Notes: a model not told the origin generated them from the letters alone. Counted from the stretch's first letter, positions 29,830 to 39,353 are shown. The stretch: 62,849 nucleotides of DNA from Burkholderiales bacterium (GCA_046590325.1 JBKJUC010000123.1:1-62849), one strand, 5' to 3'. Made by a program: numbers and translations.

Positions 29830-30669
29830 CTAGAGTTTTCCCACTTTGGGTGTATCGCAAGCAGACAGCTCGCCGGCCTCCAATCCGCGCCTGAACCAGC
29901 GAACCCGCTGCTCCGAACTGCCGTGCGTGAAGCTTTCCGGCGCTACATGGCCGCGCGCCTGCGTCTGCAGCCGGTCATCGCCGATCGCCGATGCGGCGTT
30001 CAATCCTTCTTCGATGTCGCCGGCTTCCAGCACCTGCCGCGAACGATTCGCGTGATTGGCCCAGATGCCCGCAAAACAATCCGCCTGTAATTCCTGGCGT
30101 ACTGACAACCGATTGGCCTGCTCCGGGCCGGACCGGGCTGCCTGGGCAACTTTGCCTGTAGTCCCCAGCAGGTTCTGCACATGATGGCCGACTTCATGGG
30201 CGATGACGTAGGCTTGCGCGAAATCGCCCGATGCGCCGAGGCGTTTGTCCAGGGTCTGGAAGAAGTCGAGATCGAGATAGACTTTCTGGTCGCCGGAGCA
30301 ATAGAACGGGCCAACGGCGGATTGCGCGAAGCCGCAGGCCGATTGCACGGCGCCGGAGAAAAGTACCAGCGTGGGCACCTGGTATTGCGCACTGCCGCGC
30401 CGGAAGATTTCGCCCCAGGTATCCTCGGTATCGGCGAGCACGACGGCCACGAATTCCTTGATGCCGTCCTGCGCCGGATCGACCGGAGCGGCGCTCTGCG
30501 GCGATGTCGGCCCCGCGTCCTGCAGGATCACACGGGGGTCCACGCCGAAAAACATGGCAATCAGCGCGATCACGACCACGCCGATTCCGCCGCCGGCAAT
30601 GCGGCCCGGCATGCGCATGCCGCGCCTGTCCTCTATATTTTCGCTACGCCTTCCGCTTTGCCAGCGCAT
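29830..30669 (-). CDS. ypfJ: Neutral zinc metallopeptidase YpfJ family
   Basis: MRWQSGRRSENIEDRRG, GPFYC, AHEVGHHVQ (HExxH), ELQADC, THGSSEQR; GAGGAG SD. Confidence 0.93.
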   Translation of the reverse strand: MRWQSGRRSENIEDRRGMRMPGRIAGGGIGVVVIALIAMFFGVDPRVILQDAGPTSPQSAAPVDPAQDGIKEFVAVVLADTEDTWGEIFRRGSAQYQVPTLVLFSGAVQSACGFAQSAVGPFYCSGDQKVYLDLDFFQTLDKRLGASGDFAQAYVIAHEVGHHVQNLLGTTGKVAQAARSGPEQANRLSVRQELQADCFAGIWANHANRSRQVLEAGDIEEGLNAASAIGDDRLQTQARGHVAPESFTHGSSEQRVRWFRRGLEAGELSACDTPKVGKL

Positions 30670-32182
30670 GCAGGTCTCCTCGGGTGTCGCGGTAGCGCCC
30701 GCGGAGCTCCGCTTTCTGCACCTTGCCCATGGCATTTCGCGGCAGGTCGTCGACAAGGTACACCTGCTTGGGCACCTTGAAGTTCGCCAGGTTCTTGCTC
30801 AGCTCCGCAATAATTGCCGCCGGTTCCAGTTGCGAGCCCATGCGCGCTACGACTACCGCAATCACCGCCTCGCCGAAATCGGGATGCGGCACCCCGATCA
30901 CCGCCGATTCGGCCACGCCAGGGAGCGCATCCAGCGCCAGTTCGATCTCCTTGGGATAAACGTTGTAGCCCCCACTGATGATCAGGTCCTTGGCGCGGCC
31001 AACGATTGAAAGATAGCCGTCGCCATCGATCAGGCCAATGTCGCCGGTGCGGAACCAGCCGTCCACGGTGAATTCGTCGCGGGTTTTCTCCGGCATGCGC
31101 CAGTAGCCGCTGAACACATTCTCGCCCTTGACCTGGATGCCCCCGATCTCCCCCGGTGGCAGAATCCGGTCCTGATCCTCGGCGATCCTCACCGATACGC
31201 CCGGCAGCGGAAATCCAACGCTGCCCGGGCGGCGTTCGCCGTTCAGGGGATTGGAGCTGATCATGCCGGTTTCGGACATGCCATAGCGCTCGAGAATGGG
31301 TTGTTCCGTGCGCGTCCGAAACTCGCCGAACGTATCTGCAAGCAATGGCGCGGAGCCGGAAACAAACAGCCTGATCCCCTTTGCCAGTTCGCGCGTGAAA
31401 CCCCTTTCGGCCAGCAGCCGCGTGTAGAACGTTGGCACACCCATCATCACCGTGGCACGCGGCAGATCGCGCAGCACCTGTTGCGCGTCGAACTTGCGAT
31501 GCCACAGCAGCTTTGCCCCCGACAGCAGCGCGCAGTGATTGGCGACGAACAGTCCGTGCACATGGAAAATCGGCAGGGCATGCAGCAGCGTATCCTTTTC
31601 GCTGAAATCCCAGTACGCCACCAGGGTTCGCGCATTCGATTCAAGATTGCGATGCGTGACCATGGCACCCTTGGAACGGCCGGTGGTTCCTGAGGTATAG
31701 ATGATGACCGCCAGATCGTCCGCCTGCATTTCGACCGTTGGGAATTCCGGCACCCGTCCAGCCGCGGACTGTACCAGGCTGCCCTCGCCATTTTCATCGA
31801 GGGACAGAACCTGGGCCCGGCCCGCCGAGAGTTCCTGCATGGTTTCGACTGACCCGGGTCGGCATATGATTGCCCGTGGTTCGGCGTCTCCGATGAAATG
31901 GGACAGCTCGCCGCGCTGATAGGCGGTGTTTAGCGGCACATAGACCAGCCCGGCGCGCAGGCAGGCCAGGTAGAGGAACAGGGATTGCGGCGACTTCTCG
32001 GCCTGCACCGCGACACGGTCGCCGCGCTTTGCGCCGAGGGACAGCAACAGGTTGGCAAGGCGTGCGCACTCGCCGGCGGCGTCGGCGCGGCTGAAGATTC
32101 TGCCGTCGTCGGTTTCGAGTAGTACGCTGCTGCCGCGGCTGTGTCCGGCAGCTTCGATGGCCGCATAGAAATTTGCATTCAT
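30644..32182 (-). CDS. matB: Malonyl-CoA (methylmalonyl-CoA) synthetase MatB
   Basis: YTSGTTGRSKG, HALPIFHVHGLFVA, LERYGMSET, GWFRTGD, SGGYNVYPKEIE, PRNAMGKVQK; HALPIFHVHGLFVA and PRNAMGKVQK are MatB-typical. Confidence 0.9.
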   Translation of the reverse strand: MNANFYAAIEAAGHSRGSSVLLETDDGRIFSRADAAGECARLANLLLSLGAKRGDRVAVQAEKSPQSLFLYLACLRAGLVYVPLNTAYQRGELSHFIGDAEPRAIICRPGSVETMQELSAGRAQVLSLDENGEGSLVQSAAGRVPEFPTVEMQADDLAVIIYTSGTTGRSKGAMVTHRNLESNARTLVAYWDFSEKDTLLHALPIFHVHGLFVANHCALLSGAKLLWHRKFDAQQVLRDLPRATVMMGVPTFYTRLLAERGFTRELAKGIRLFVSGSAPLLADTFGEFRTRTEQPILERYGMSETGMISSNPLNGERRPGSVGFPLPGVSVRIAEDQDRILPPGEIGGIQVKGENVFSGYWRMPEKTRDEFTVDGWFRTGDIGLIDGDGYLSIVGRAKDLIISGGYNVYPKEIELALDALPGVAESAVIGVPHPDFGEAVIAVVVARMGSQLEPAAIIAELSKNLANFKVPKQVYLVDDLPRNAMGKVQKAELRGRYRDTRGDLHALAKRKA

Positions 32183-32185
32183 GCG

Positions 32186-33448
32186 CTAGACCAGGGTGTC
32201 GATGACCCCGGACTGAAGGTAGTCGTCGATGCTGGTCTGCGAACTTTGCCTTCTCAGCACGCGCGCAATCGCCGCCGGGGGAAGGAGCTGTACGCTGGCG
32301 CCGGGTAACGCGACGACGCGAGCTGCCGGCGCCGCCAGCGCGACGTAGATCCCGCCGGCCGCATCGCCGAGGACCTGCAACGTAAGCCGGTGTCCGGCTT
32401 CGCGAATGCTGGACAGTACAAGCGCCAGGTGGGCAACGTACTCCGACAGCAGCATGCGCTCGTCGCGGAAAGTCGGCGCCTGTCCGGGGGAATCAAGCAG
32501 CAGCGTAAGCGCATCTCCAGGGTGGGCATCGGCGAACTGCATGCATTCTCCCGCAAGCGTCCAGGCTGCAAGCGCGCCGACAGGCGCGCCACCGACGAAG
32601 CCAAAGTAACTGTTGGGTGCGGTCGGCAGGATGCGTCCGCTCATTGCGCCGTCCGTTTCGCGCGCTTCGAAAGTCGCCGGCACCAGATCGAGAAAAGTCT
32701 CCGGGAGCCGGGGCGTTTTCGCTGCAGGCGACGGCGCCATGTCGTGAGTGAGCAGGCGCGCGCCCAGGCGGTTGTGCTGCTCCCGCAGATCCGGGGGGGC
32801 ACCAGGCCGCGCCAGCCAATCCAGGGCAGCCTGGCGAAATGCGTGAATCGTGTCTTCGTTCAGGCGGCCCGCGAACTCCATTGCCGCGCGCGCGGTACCG
32901 CCCATCAGGGCATTGACCGCCTGCGCGTCCGACGCATCGAGTTCATTGCGCCCGCCGAGCGCCTGGATTACCGCCGGCCCCGACATCGCCAAGCGCGATC
33001 CCAGCGCATAGACGCGCTGCCCGCATGTAGCGGCGAGCATGCTCGCGCCACCAAAACAATCACGGCCCAGCAATGCCAGCATCGGCACACCCGCAAGACG
33101 CAGATCGAGAACCTGGCGATAGAGTTGCCGGAAAGCGCCGAGCGCGGGCAGGCCTTCATCGAGGCGCGCGCCCGCCGAGTCCAGGCAAAGTATGAGAGGC
33201 AGGCTGGCGGCCTGATCCTGCCTGATGAGCTCAGTCAGCGCGTGGGATTCGGCAACACCGAATGAACCACCGGCGACGTCACGATCGGTTGCCGCAATCA
33301 CCACCGGTTTGCCGCCGAGCAGGCCATTACCCGCACAAAGCGAACCCTGCGGGGTCGAGGGCGTGCGAACGAACGAGCCCGGGTCGAGCAGTCTCTCGAT
33401 CCGCTGCAGGGCGCCGCTTCCGGAATAGGAATCCACAGGTGCAGGCAT
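32186..33448 (-). CDS. Fused biotin-independent malonate decarboxylase beta+gamma (MdcD-MdcE) carboxyltransferase-fold protein
   Basis: N-half: DSAGARLDEG, CFGGAS, RLAMSGPAVIQ, LDASD..MGG..R (MdcD-like). C-half: LLDSPGQA..RDE, REAGH..LQVLGDAAGGIYVA, AAIARVLR (MdcE-like). One open frame. Confidence 0.8.
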   Translation of the reverse strand: MPAPVDSYSGSGALQRIERLLDPGSFVRTPSTPQGSLCAGNGLLGGKPVVIAATDRDVAGGSFGVAESHALTELIRQDQAASLPLILCLDSAGARLDEGLPALGAFRQLYRQVLDLRLAGVPMLALLGRDCFGGASMLAATCGQRVYALGSRLAMSGPAVIQALGGRNELDASDAQAVNALMGGTARAAMEFAGRLNEDTIHAFRQAALDWLARPGAPPDLREQHNRLGARLLTHDMAPSPAAKTPRLPETFLDLVPATFEARETDGAMSGRILPTAPNSYFGFVGGAPVGALAAWTLAGECMQFADAHPGDALTLLLDSPGQAPTFRDERMLLSEYVAHLALVLSSIREAGHRLTLQVLGDAAGGIYVALAAPAARVVALPGASVQLLPPAAIARVLRRQSSQTSIDDYLQSGVIDTLV

Positions 33449-33462
33449 GCGATGGTTTCCGG

Positions 33463-34593
33463 TCAGAGCCCGCACCAGCGGCGGGTGATTTCCTCGTAGG
33501 CCGCAACGGCCTCGCCGATTCGCTCAACCACGCAGTATTCGTCGGTCTGGTGTGCCATCTGTGCCTCTCCAGGACCGAGGATGACCGTCGGTGGCATTCT
33601 GTACGCCACATTGAGCGCGGCGGCATCCGTGAAATAAGTCGCAACGCGCGGCTCCGGCCGGGCGCCGAGGTAGGGCTGCATCACATCGAACACTTCCTGC
33701 ATCCAGGCATGTTCGGGTTCCGTGTACACGCTCTCCAGGTCAAGGATGGTTTCCAGCTCGACTTCGCTGCCAAGCTGCTTCTGCAACTCCATCCTTAGCT
33801 TCGCATGGTTCACGGTTGGCACGGTACGAATGTCCACGGTCATGACGGCTTCATCGGGCACCGAATTGATGTTGAGGCCGCCATGGATGGTGCCGACGTT
33901 CAGCGTCGCCTGCCCCATCAGCGGGTGTGGCGGATTGTCGAAACGGAATTTTTCCAGGACGGCAAGCGCACGCGCCGCCTTGAATACGGCATTGACGCCT
34001 TTCTCCGGCATGGAACCGTGGGCTGTCACGCCTCGGGTGCGGGCGTACAACCAGAATGCGCCCTTGTGGCCGACAAACGGATAGTTTGAACTGGGTTCTG
34101 CCACCACCACCGCGCCGGCGCGGCCCAAGGCGCCGGACTTCTGGCTGAGGTGAAAAGCGCCCTGGCAGCCGGTTTCCTCACCGGCCGTGATGACCAGCTC
34201 GAGTCCCGCAGTGCGTTCGAGTTTGTCGGCGAGATTGATTGAGGACGCGACGAAGGCGGCAACGCCGGATTTCATGTCGCTGATGCCACGGCCATACATC
34301 CGGCCGGCGTCGGTATCGGCCGCAAACGGATCCATTTTCCATTTCGCCGCACCCAGCGGGACCGTGTCGATGTGCCCGGTGAAGCACAGCGGCGCCTTGG
34401 CGGAAGAACCGCCGATCGTCGCCACCAGGCTGGATCGGCCCGGAGAGAACTCGTGGTACTTCACCGCAAAGCCGGCCTTTTCCAGCAGGCCACCCACGTG
34501 CCGCGCACATAATTCCTCCGCCCCTGGCGGGTTGACGGTGTTCATGCGCACCAACTGCCTGCTCAGTTCGATTGCGTCGATGCCTGCTGCCAC
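33463..34593 (-). CDS. M20 family amidohydrolase (ArgE/DapE-like)
   Basis: TGHIDTVP, GRGISDMKSG, GEETG, VAEPS, AHQTDE give a complete di-metal site; GTG start with AAGGAG SD. Confidence 0.93.
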   Translation of the reverse strand: MAAGIDAIELSRQLVRMNTVNPPGAEELCARHVGGLLEKAGFAVKYHEFSPGRSSLVATIGGSSAKAPLCFTGHIDTVPLGAAKWKMDPFAADTDAGRMYGRGISDMKSGVAAFVASSINLADKLERTAGLELVITAGEETGCQGAFHLSQKSGALGRAGAVVVAEPSSNYPFVGHKGAFWLYARTRGVTAHGSMPEKGVNAVFKAARALAVLEKFRFDNPPHPLMGQATLNVGTIHGGLNINSVPDEAVMTVDIRTVPTVNHAKLRMELQKQLGSEVELETILDLESVYTEPEHAWMQEVFDVMQPYLGARPEPRVATYFTDAAALNVAYRMPPTVILGPGEAQMAHQTDEYCVVERIGEAVAAYEEITRRWCGL

Positions 34594-34605
34594 ACCTTTT
34601 CTCCT

Positions 34606-35331
34606 TCAGTTTTCCTGCTGGTGTCCGAAATAGGCTGCCCGCACTTGTGGATTTTCGCGCAGGTCGGCCGCCGGACCGGCCGCCACGACGCGTCCTTGTG
34701 ACAGGACGTAGCCGGCGTGTGCGATTGCCAGTGTCTGGCGGACGTTCTGTTCCACCAGGAGCACCGTCACTCCAGTTTCGTTGACGCGCCGGATCACGTT
34801 GAAATTCTCCTTCACGTACAACGGCGACAGGCCAAGGGAAGGCTCATCGACGATGAGCAGCGATGGCGCCGCCATCAGTCCGCGGCCGATGGACAGCATG
34901 GCCTGCTCACCTCCGGACATGGTACCCGCAAGCTGGCCGATGCGCTCCCGAAGCCGGGGGAAGATCTCGAAGACGCCGTCCATCCTCTGGTCGAGAGTCG
35001 ACGCGTCTGCTTCGCGATAGGCCCCCATTCGCAAATTGTCGCGCACGGTCATGCGCGGAAACACGCGCCGGCCTTCTGGAATGCAGGCAATGCCGCGGCG
35101 CACGATCTGATGCGTGGGCAGTCCGGTGATGTCAGAACCATCATGCAGGATGAGGCCGCTGCGCGGTGGTGTGAGGGACAGGATGGAACGGATCAGCGTG
35201 GTCTTGCCGGCGCCATTGGCGCCCAGGATGCAGGTGATCTTTCCGGGCTCGACCAGCAGGGAAACGCCATGGAGTACGTCGGCCTTGTCGTAAGCCGTGT
35301 ACACGCCCTCCAGCGCCAGCGTAGCGGTCAT
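34606..35331 (-). CDS. livF: Liv-type ABC transporter ATPase (LivF-like)
   Basis: GANGAGKT, MSGGEQAML, DEPSLGLSP. Confidence 0.9.
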   Translation of the reverse strand: MTATLALEGVYTAYDKADVLHGVSLLVEPGKITCILGANGAGKTTLIRSILSLTPPRSGLILHDGSDITGLPTHQIVRRGIACIPEGRRVFPRMTVRDNLRMGAYREADASTLDQRMDGVFEIFPRLRERIGQLAGTMSGGEQAMLSIGRGLMAAPSLLIVDEPSLGLSPLYVKENFNVIRRVNETGVTVLLVEQNVRQTLAIAHAGYVLSQGRVVAAGPAADLRENPQVRAAYFGHQQEN

Positions 35332-36108
35332 TCAGTCTTCCCCCAGATAGGCCTTGCGCACCCGTTCATCGGCCGCCACATCGCGAAAGGCGCCTTCGCA
35401 AATTTTCTCGCCGTAGTTGAGAACGGCACAACGCTGCGTCACGCGCTCGATCAGGTTCATCTCATGTTCGATGAGGATCACCGACAGCGTGGGAAGCTGC
35501 GCACGCGCGGCGAGCAGGTCGTCCATCAGCTCACCGGTTTCGTCATGCGTCATGCCCGCAGACGGCTCGTCGAGCAGCAGGATGCGCGGCCTGCCGATCA
35601 GCGCACGGCAGATTTCGACGCGCCGGCGATCGATCATCGGCAGGGCCTCGACGGGATCGGACAGGCGGCAGGACAGGGGTTTGCTGAAGGTCGCCAGTAG
35701 TTTGCGCGCCGTCACTACGTTCTCTTCGTAATGCTGCCGCAGCCGGGTCCGCCGGATCAGGTTGGTCCAGATGCCGAGATCGAGATTGCGATGGTTGCCA
35801 ACCATCAGGTTGTCGAATACCGACAACGGCAGGCACAGGCGCGACCGCTGAAAGGTTCGTGCCACGCCTGCATCGCACACCTGCTGCGGGGATGCGCCGG
35901 TTATGTCGCGCCCGTCGACCTTGACGCTGCCCGCTGCGGGCTTGTAAAGGCCGGTGAGGGCGTTGAAGAACGTGGTCTTGCCGGAGCCGTTCGGCCCGAT
36001 CAATCCCAGGATCTCGCCAGCATCGAGCTTCAGGTCGAGTGCGTTAAGGGCGGTAAGGCCGCCGAATCGAACGGTGAGACCTTCTGCGACTAGAACGTTG
36101 GCGCTCAT
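35332..36108 (-). CDS. livG: Liv-type ABC transporter ATPase (LivG-like)
   Basis: GPNGSGKTT, ARTFQ, LDEPSAGM, VRKAYLG. Confidence 0.9.
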   Translation of the reverse strand: MSANVLVAEGLTVRFGGLTALNALDLKLDAGEILGLIGPNGSGKTTFFNALTGLYKPAAGSVKVDGRDITGASPQQVCDAGVARTFQRSRLCLPLSVFDNLMVGNHRNLDLGIWTNLIRRTRLRQHYEENVVTARKLLATFSKPLSCRLSDPVEALPMIDRRRVEICRALIGRPRILLLDEPSAGMTHDETGELMDDLLAARAQLPTLSVILIEHEMNLIERVTQRCAVLNYGEKICEGAFRDVAADERVRKAYLGED

Positions 36109-37262
36109 CCGGGCCTGCGCTCGCCGAAATAGGTCCGCAACCGGCGGGGCAGTAGTCCCTGCGGGCGGAACAACAGGATCGCGATGACGAGCAGCGAATA
36201 AAGCAAAAACCGGTACTCCTGGATCATCTGCAGTTTTTCCGGAAGCACCAGCAGCAGGAGCGCGGCGGGAATCACCCCGAGTGCGTTGCCCAGTCCGCCG
36301 AGGATCACGATCGAAACCAGAATCAGCGAATCACCGAACGTGAAACTGGTCGGCGCAATGAAGCCCGTCATCATCGCGTACACGGCGCCGGCCATGCCGG
36401 CGAGCAGATTTCCCAGCGTGAACGCGAAGATTTTCCAGCGGGCGACGCCGATGCCGAATACCGAGGCTGCGGTCTCATCCAGCCTGACGGCGTCGAACGA
36501 AAGTCCTATCCAGGATTTTTCCAGCCGACGGACCATCACATAGGCGAACACCGCAAGCGCAACGGCCAGGAGTACGTAGTTCAGATAGAACGACGCTTCG
36601 ATGTTTTCGCCGATGCGGATCGGGTCGTTGAATGACCTGCCGAACAGCATCATCGGCGGCACCTTGAGTCCCTGCGGACCGCCGAGCGTATCGTTCACTT
36701 CCAGGAAAGTCTTGAACAGGATGCCGAATGCAATGGTGATCAGTGCAGCATAGTGGCCGCGCGTGCGCAAAATCGGAAGAATGAGAATCGAGCCGATCAG
36801 GGCTGCAGCAAGGCCGCTCAGCAGGATGACCAGCAGGTGCGGAATCCCGGTGTGTGTGGCCAGAACCGCCGTAGCATAACAACCGATTCCGAAGAAGGCC
36901 GCTCCGGCGAAGTTGACGATGCCGGCGTAGCCGAACTGGATGGTCAGGCCGAGGCAGACGGTCACGTAAAGCGCCACGGTGGCCAGCATCAGCAGCGCGA
37001 AGTGGGCGTCATAGAGCACTGCGGCGACTGTTGCAGCAGCCAGCAAGGCGAGGATGACCGCGCTGCGGGGATGAGCCACCGCAGCCTCTTCGATACGGTC
37101 CGTGGCGCCGAACCTGCGGAATACGATCAGCCCGATGATTGCGGCAACGGCAAGTGCCGCGATCTCCCATTGGCGCTCGATCTCCAGGAACAGGATGGTG
37201 AAGCCCGTCAGCATCGCCAGGCCCAGCGCGACGGAAATCAGGTTTCTGGTTCGTTCGCCCAT
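36105..37262 (-). CDS. livM: Liv-type ABC transporter permease (LivM-like)
   Basis: GYAGIVNFAGAAFFGIG, RGHYAALITIAFG, ILGGLG, RPQGL. Confidence 0.9.
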   Translation of the reverse strand: MGERTRNLISVALGLAMLTGFTILFLEIERQWEIAALAVAAIIGLIVFRRFGATDRIEEAAVAHPRSAVILALLAAATVAAVLYDAHFALLMLATVALYVTVCLGLTIQFGYAGIVNFAGAAFFGIGCYATAVLATHTGIPHLLVILLSGLAAALIGSILILPILRTRGHYAALITIAFGILFKTFLEVNDTLGGPQGLKVPPMMLFGRSFNDPIRIGENIEASFYLNYVLLAVALAVFAYVMVRRLEKSWIGLSFDAVRLDETAASVFGIGVARWKIFAFTLGNLLAGMAGAVYAMMTGFIAPTSFTFGDSLILVSIVILGGLGNALGVIPAALLLLVLPEKLQMIQEYRFLLYSLLVIAILLFRPQGLLPRRLRTYFGERRPG

Positions 37263-37265
37263 GCC

Positions 37266-38183
37266 CTACACGCGTTCTGCCGTTCTTTCGGCAATCAGGC
37301 CGGTGGGTTTCCAGGCCATCAGCAGAATCACCGCTGCGAAGGCAAAGACATCCTTGTAGGCGGGGACGGAGAACCACACCGCGCCGATGGTCTGCAGTCC
37401 GGCAAACAGGAATCCGCCAAGGATGGCGCCATAGATGTTGCCAAGCCCGCCGGCCACCGCCGCCGAAAACCCGATGACACCTAGCAGCAGGCCCATGCCG
37501 AAATTGATCTCGTTGTAATAAAGGCCGTTGGTCACGCCCGCAAGCGCGGCAAGCGCGGAGCCCAACGCGAACGTGATCATGACCACCTGCTCGAAATTGA
37601 CCCCCATGACGCGGGCGGTTTCCGGATCCTGCGCAACCGCCCGGATTGCCAGTCCCAGCCTGGTGCGGTTTATGAGCAGGTGTACCAGGACGATGGCACC
37701 AATGCCGGCGGCCAGCAGAATCATGCTGTCCGCCCGCAGGGTGAAATTGCCGATGGCGTAGGAATCGGTCGGCAGCAACGACGGAAACGGTTTGGGATTG
37801 GAACCGTTGGGATAGAACAAGCGCACCGCTTCGCGCAACGCCAGGCCGAGCATGAGCGTGATCAGCAGCGTATTGAGCGGCGGGCTTTCGCGCAGGGGCA
37901 GAACCAGGAAACGCGCAATGAGGGCGCCGAGCAGAGCCGTTGCCGCTAGGGCGGCGGCGCTAACCGCGAGCAACAGAGCGATGATCGAGGTTACTCCTAG
38001 ATGTTGCAGGCCGAGGAAGGTGGCCAATGCAACAAAGGCGCCGACCATCACCACGTCGCCGTGGGAAAACTTGATCACATCGAGCACGCCGAAGAAGAGC
38101 GTGAAGCCGACTGCGACCATCGCATAAATGACGCCAAGCATCAGGCCATTGACAATGTACTGGCCTGCGAGTCCGAAATCCAT
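37266..38183 (-). CDS. livH: Liv-type ABC transporter permease (LivH-like)
   Basis: NGLMLGVIYAMVAVGFTL, FSHGD, IRAVAQD, GGLGNIYGA, KPTGL. Confidence 0.9.
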   Translation of the reverse strand: MDFGLAGQYIVNGLMLGVIYAMVAVGFTLFFGVLDVIKFSHGDVVMVGAFVALATFLGLQHLGVTSIIALLLAVSAAALAATALLGALIARFLVLPLRESPPLNTLLITLMLGLALREAVRLFYPNGSNPKPFPSLLPTDSYAIGNFTLRADSMILLAAGIGAIVLVHLLINRTRLGLAIRAVAQDPETARVMGVNFEQVVMITFALGSALAALAGVTNGLYYNEINFGMGLLLGVIGFSAAVAGGLGNIYGAILGGFLFAGLQTIGAVWFSVPAYKDVFAFAAVILLMAWKPTGLIAERTAERV

Positions 38184-38201
38184 CGAAGCGGACGCGGTCG
38201 C

Positions 38202-39353
38202 TCAGGGCCTGGGCAGCTTGCGCTTGCCCTTCGCGTACTCGCTGTCTTCCCAGACTGCCCATTTGCCGTCCTGGACGACGAACTTGGTAATCAGCGGCAC
38301 GGTATTCTGGCCGTGGTCGTCGAACGTAACCATGCCGACGATGGACTGGTGATCGCGGGTTGTGTTGAGTTCGGCCCTCACCTTCTTGCGGTCCGGGCCC
38401 ACCTTTTCGATCGCATCGATGATGAGGCTGGTAGCGACGTAGGCAAACGCGCCGTAGGCTTCGGGGGGATCCGGGTACTTCTGTTTCTGGTATTGCTCCA
38501 GGAAAAGCTTTCCGCCGGGAAGTTTCTCCGCGGGCGCGCCTTCGCGAAAAGCCAACGCGCCCTCGGCAAGCGGGCCCAGGCCTTCGATGAATGCGTCGGA
38601 GACGATGCCCGAGGTACCCTGGAACACCGCCCTGATGCCGAGCTTTTCCATCTGCGAGCGGATACGCACCCCGATGGGCGTCAATCCGCCGAAGTAGATG
38701 ACTTCCGGCTTGAGCTCCTTGATCTTGGTCAGCTCGGCGTTGAAATCCTGCTGATCTGCTGTCACGCCGAAGGTGCCAAGGACGGTTCCGCCCAGTCGGG
38801 CTATGTCCTCGGAGAAGTACTTGTTGTGGCCTTTGCCGTAATCGGTGGTGTCGTGAATGATCACCCACTTTTTGTACTTGAGCCCGGCCATGAATGTCGC
38901 CGCGACCTCGTTCTGGTTGATCATGGTGCCGTTGACCCGGTGCACTTCGTCATAGTCGTGGGCGTAGGTCACGTCCGGCAGCACCGCGCCCCAGACGATC
39001 ACGGGCAAACCGAACTTGTGATAGACATCGACGGTGCCCATGGCGACCGCCGAGCAGTAGTGGGTGACGCCGGCGATGATCTTGCGATCCGCTGCGGCTT
39101 TGGTCGCAACCTGTACGCCGATGTTCGGTTTGCACTCATCGTCGAGCACGATAAGCTCGTATTCGTACTTTGTCGCAGAGTCAGCGTTGCGCACGCGGAC
39201 CGCGAGATCCGCCGAATTGCGGCCGCCGATGCCGTTAGCGGATACGCCACCGGTAAGCGGTCCGATGAATGCAATCCTGACGGAGTCTTTCGCCGCGGCA
39301 GGAAACGCCAGCAGCAGCAGCGAGACAAACAGAATTGCAGGGCGCAGCGGCAT
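38202..39353 (-). CDS. livK: Liv-type ABC transporter substrate-binding protein (LivK/LivJ-like)
   Basis: Signal peptide, IAFIGPLTG, DDECKP, HYCSAV, HDTTDYGKG, DFNAELTKIK. Confidence 0.88.
   Translation of the reverse strand: MPLRPAILFVSLLLLAFPAAAKDSVRIAFIGPLTGGVSANGIGGRNSADLAVRVRNADSATKYEYELIVLDDECKPNIGVQVATKAAADRKIIAGVTHYCSAVAMGTVDVYHKFGLPVIVWGAVLPDVTYAHDYDEVHRVNGTMINQNEVAATFMAGLKYKKWVIIHDTTDYGKGHNKYFSEDIARLGGTVLGTFGVTADQQDFNAELTKIKELKPEVIYFGGLTPIGVRIRSQMEKLGIRAVFQGTSGIVSDAFIEGLGPLAEGALAFREGAPAEKLPGGKLFLEQYQKQKYPDPPEAYGAFAYVATSLIIDAIEKVGPDRKKVRAELNTTRDHQSIVGMVTFDDHGQNTVPLITKFVVQDGKWAVWEDSEYAKGKRKLPRP

Noticed and set aside
33463-34593. Beta-ureidopropionase or allantoate amidohydrolase identity for the M20 gene
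   Set aside because: Motifs are of the ArgE/DapE type, not the carbamoylase GSHxD/DG type, and no pyrimidine-catabolism genes are adjacent.
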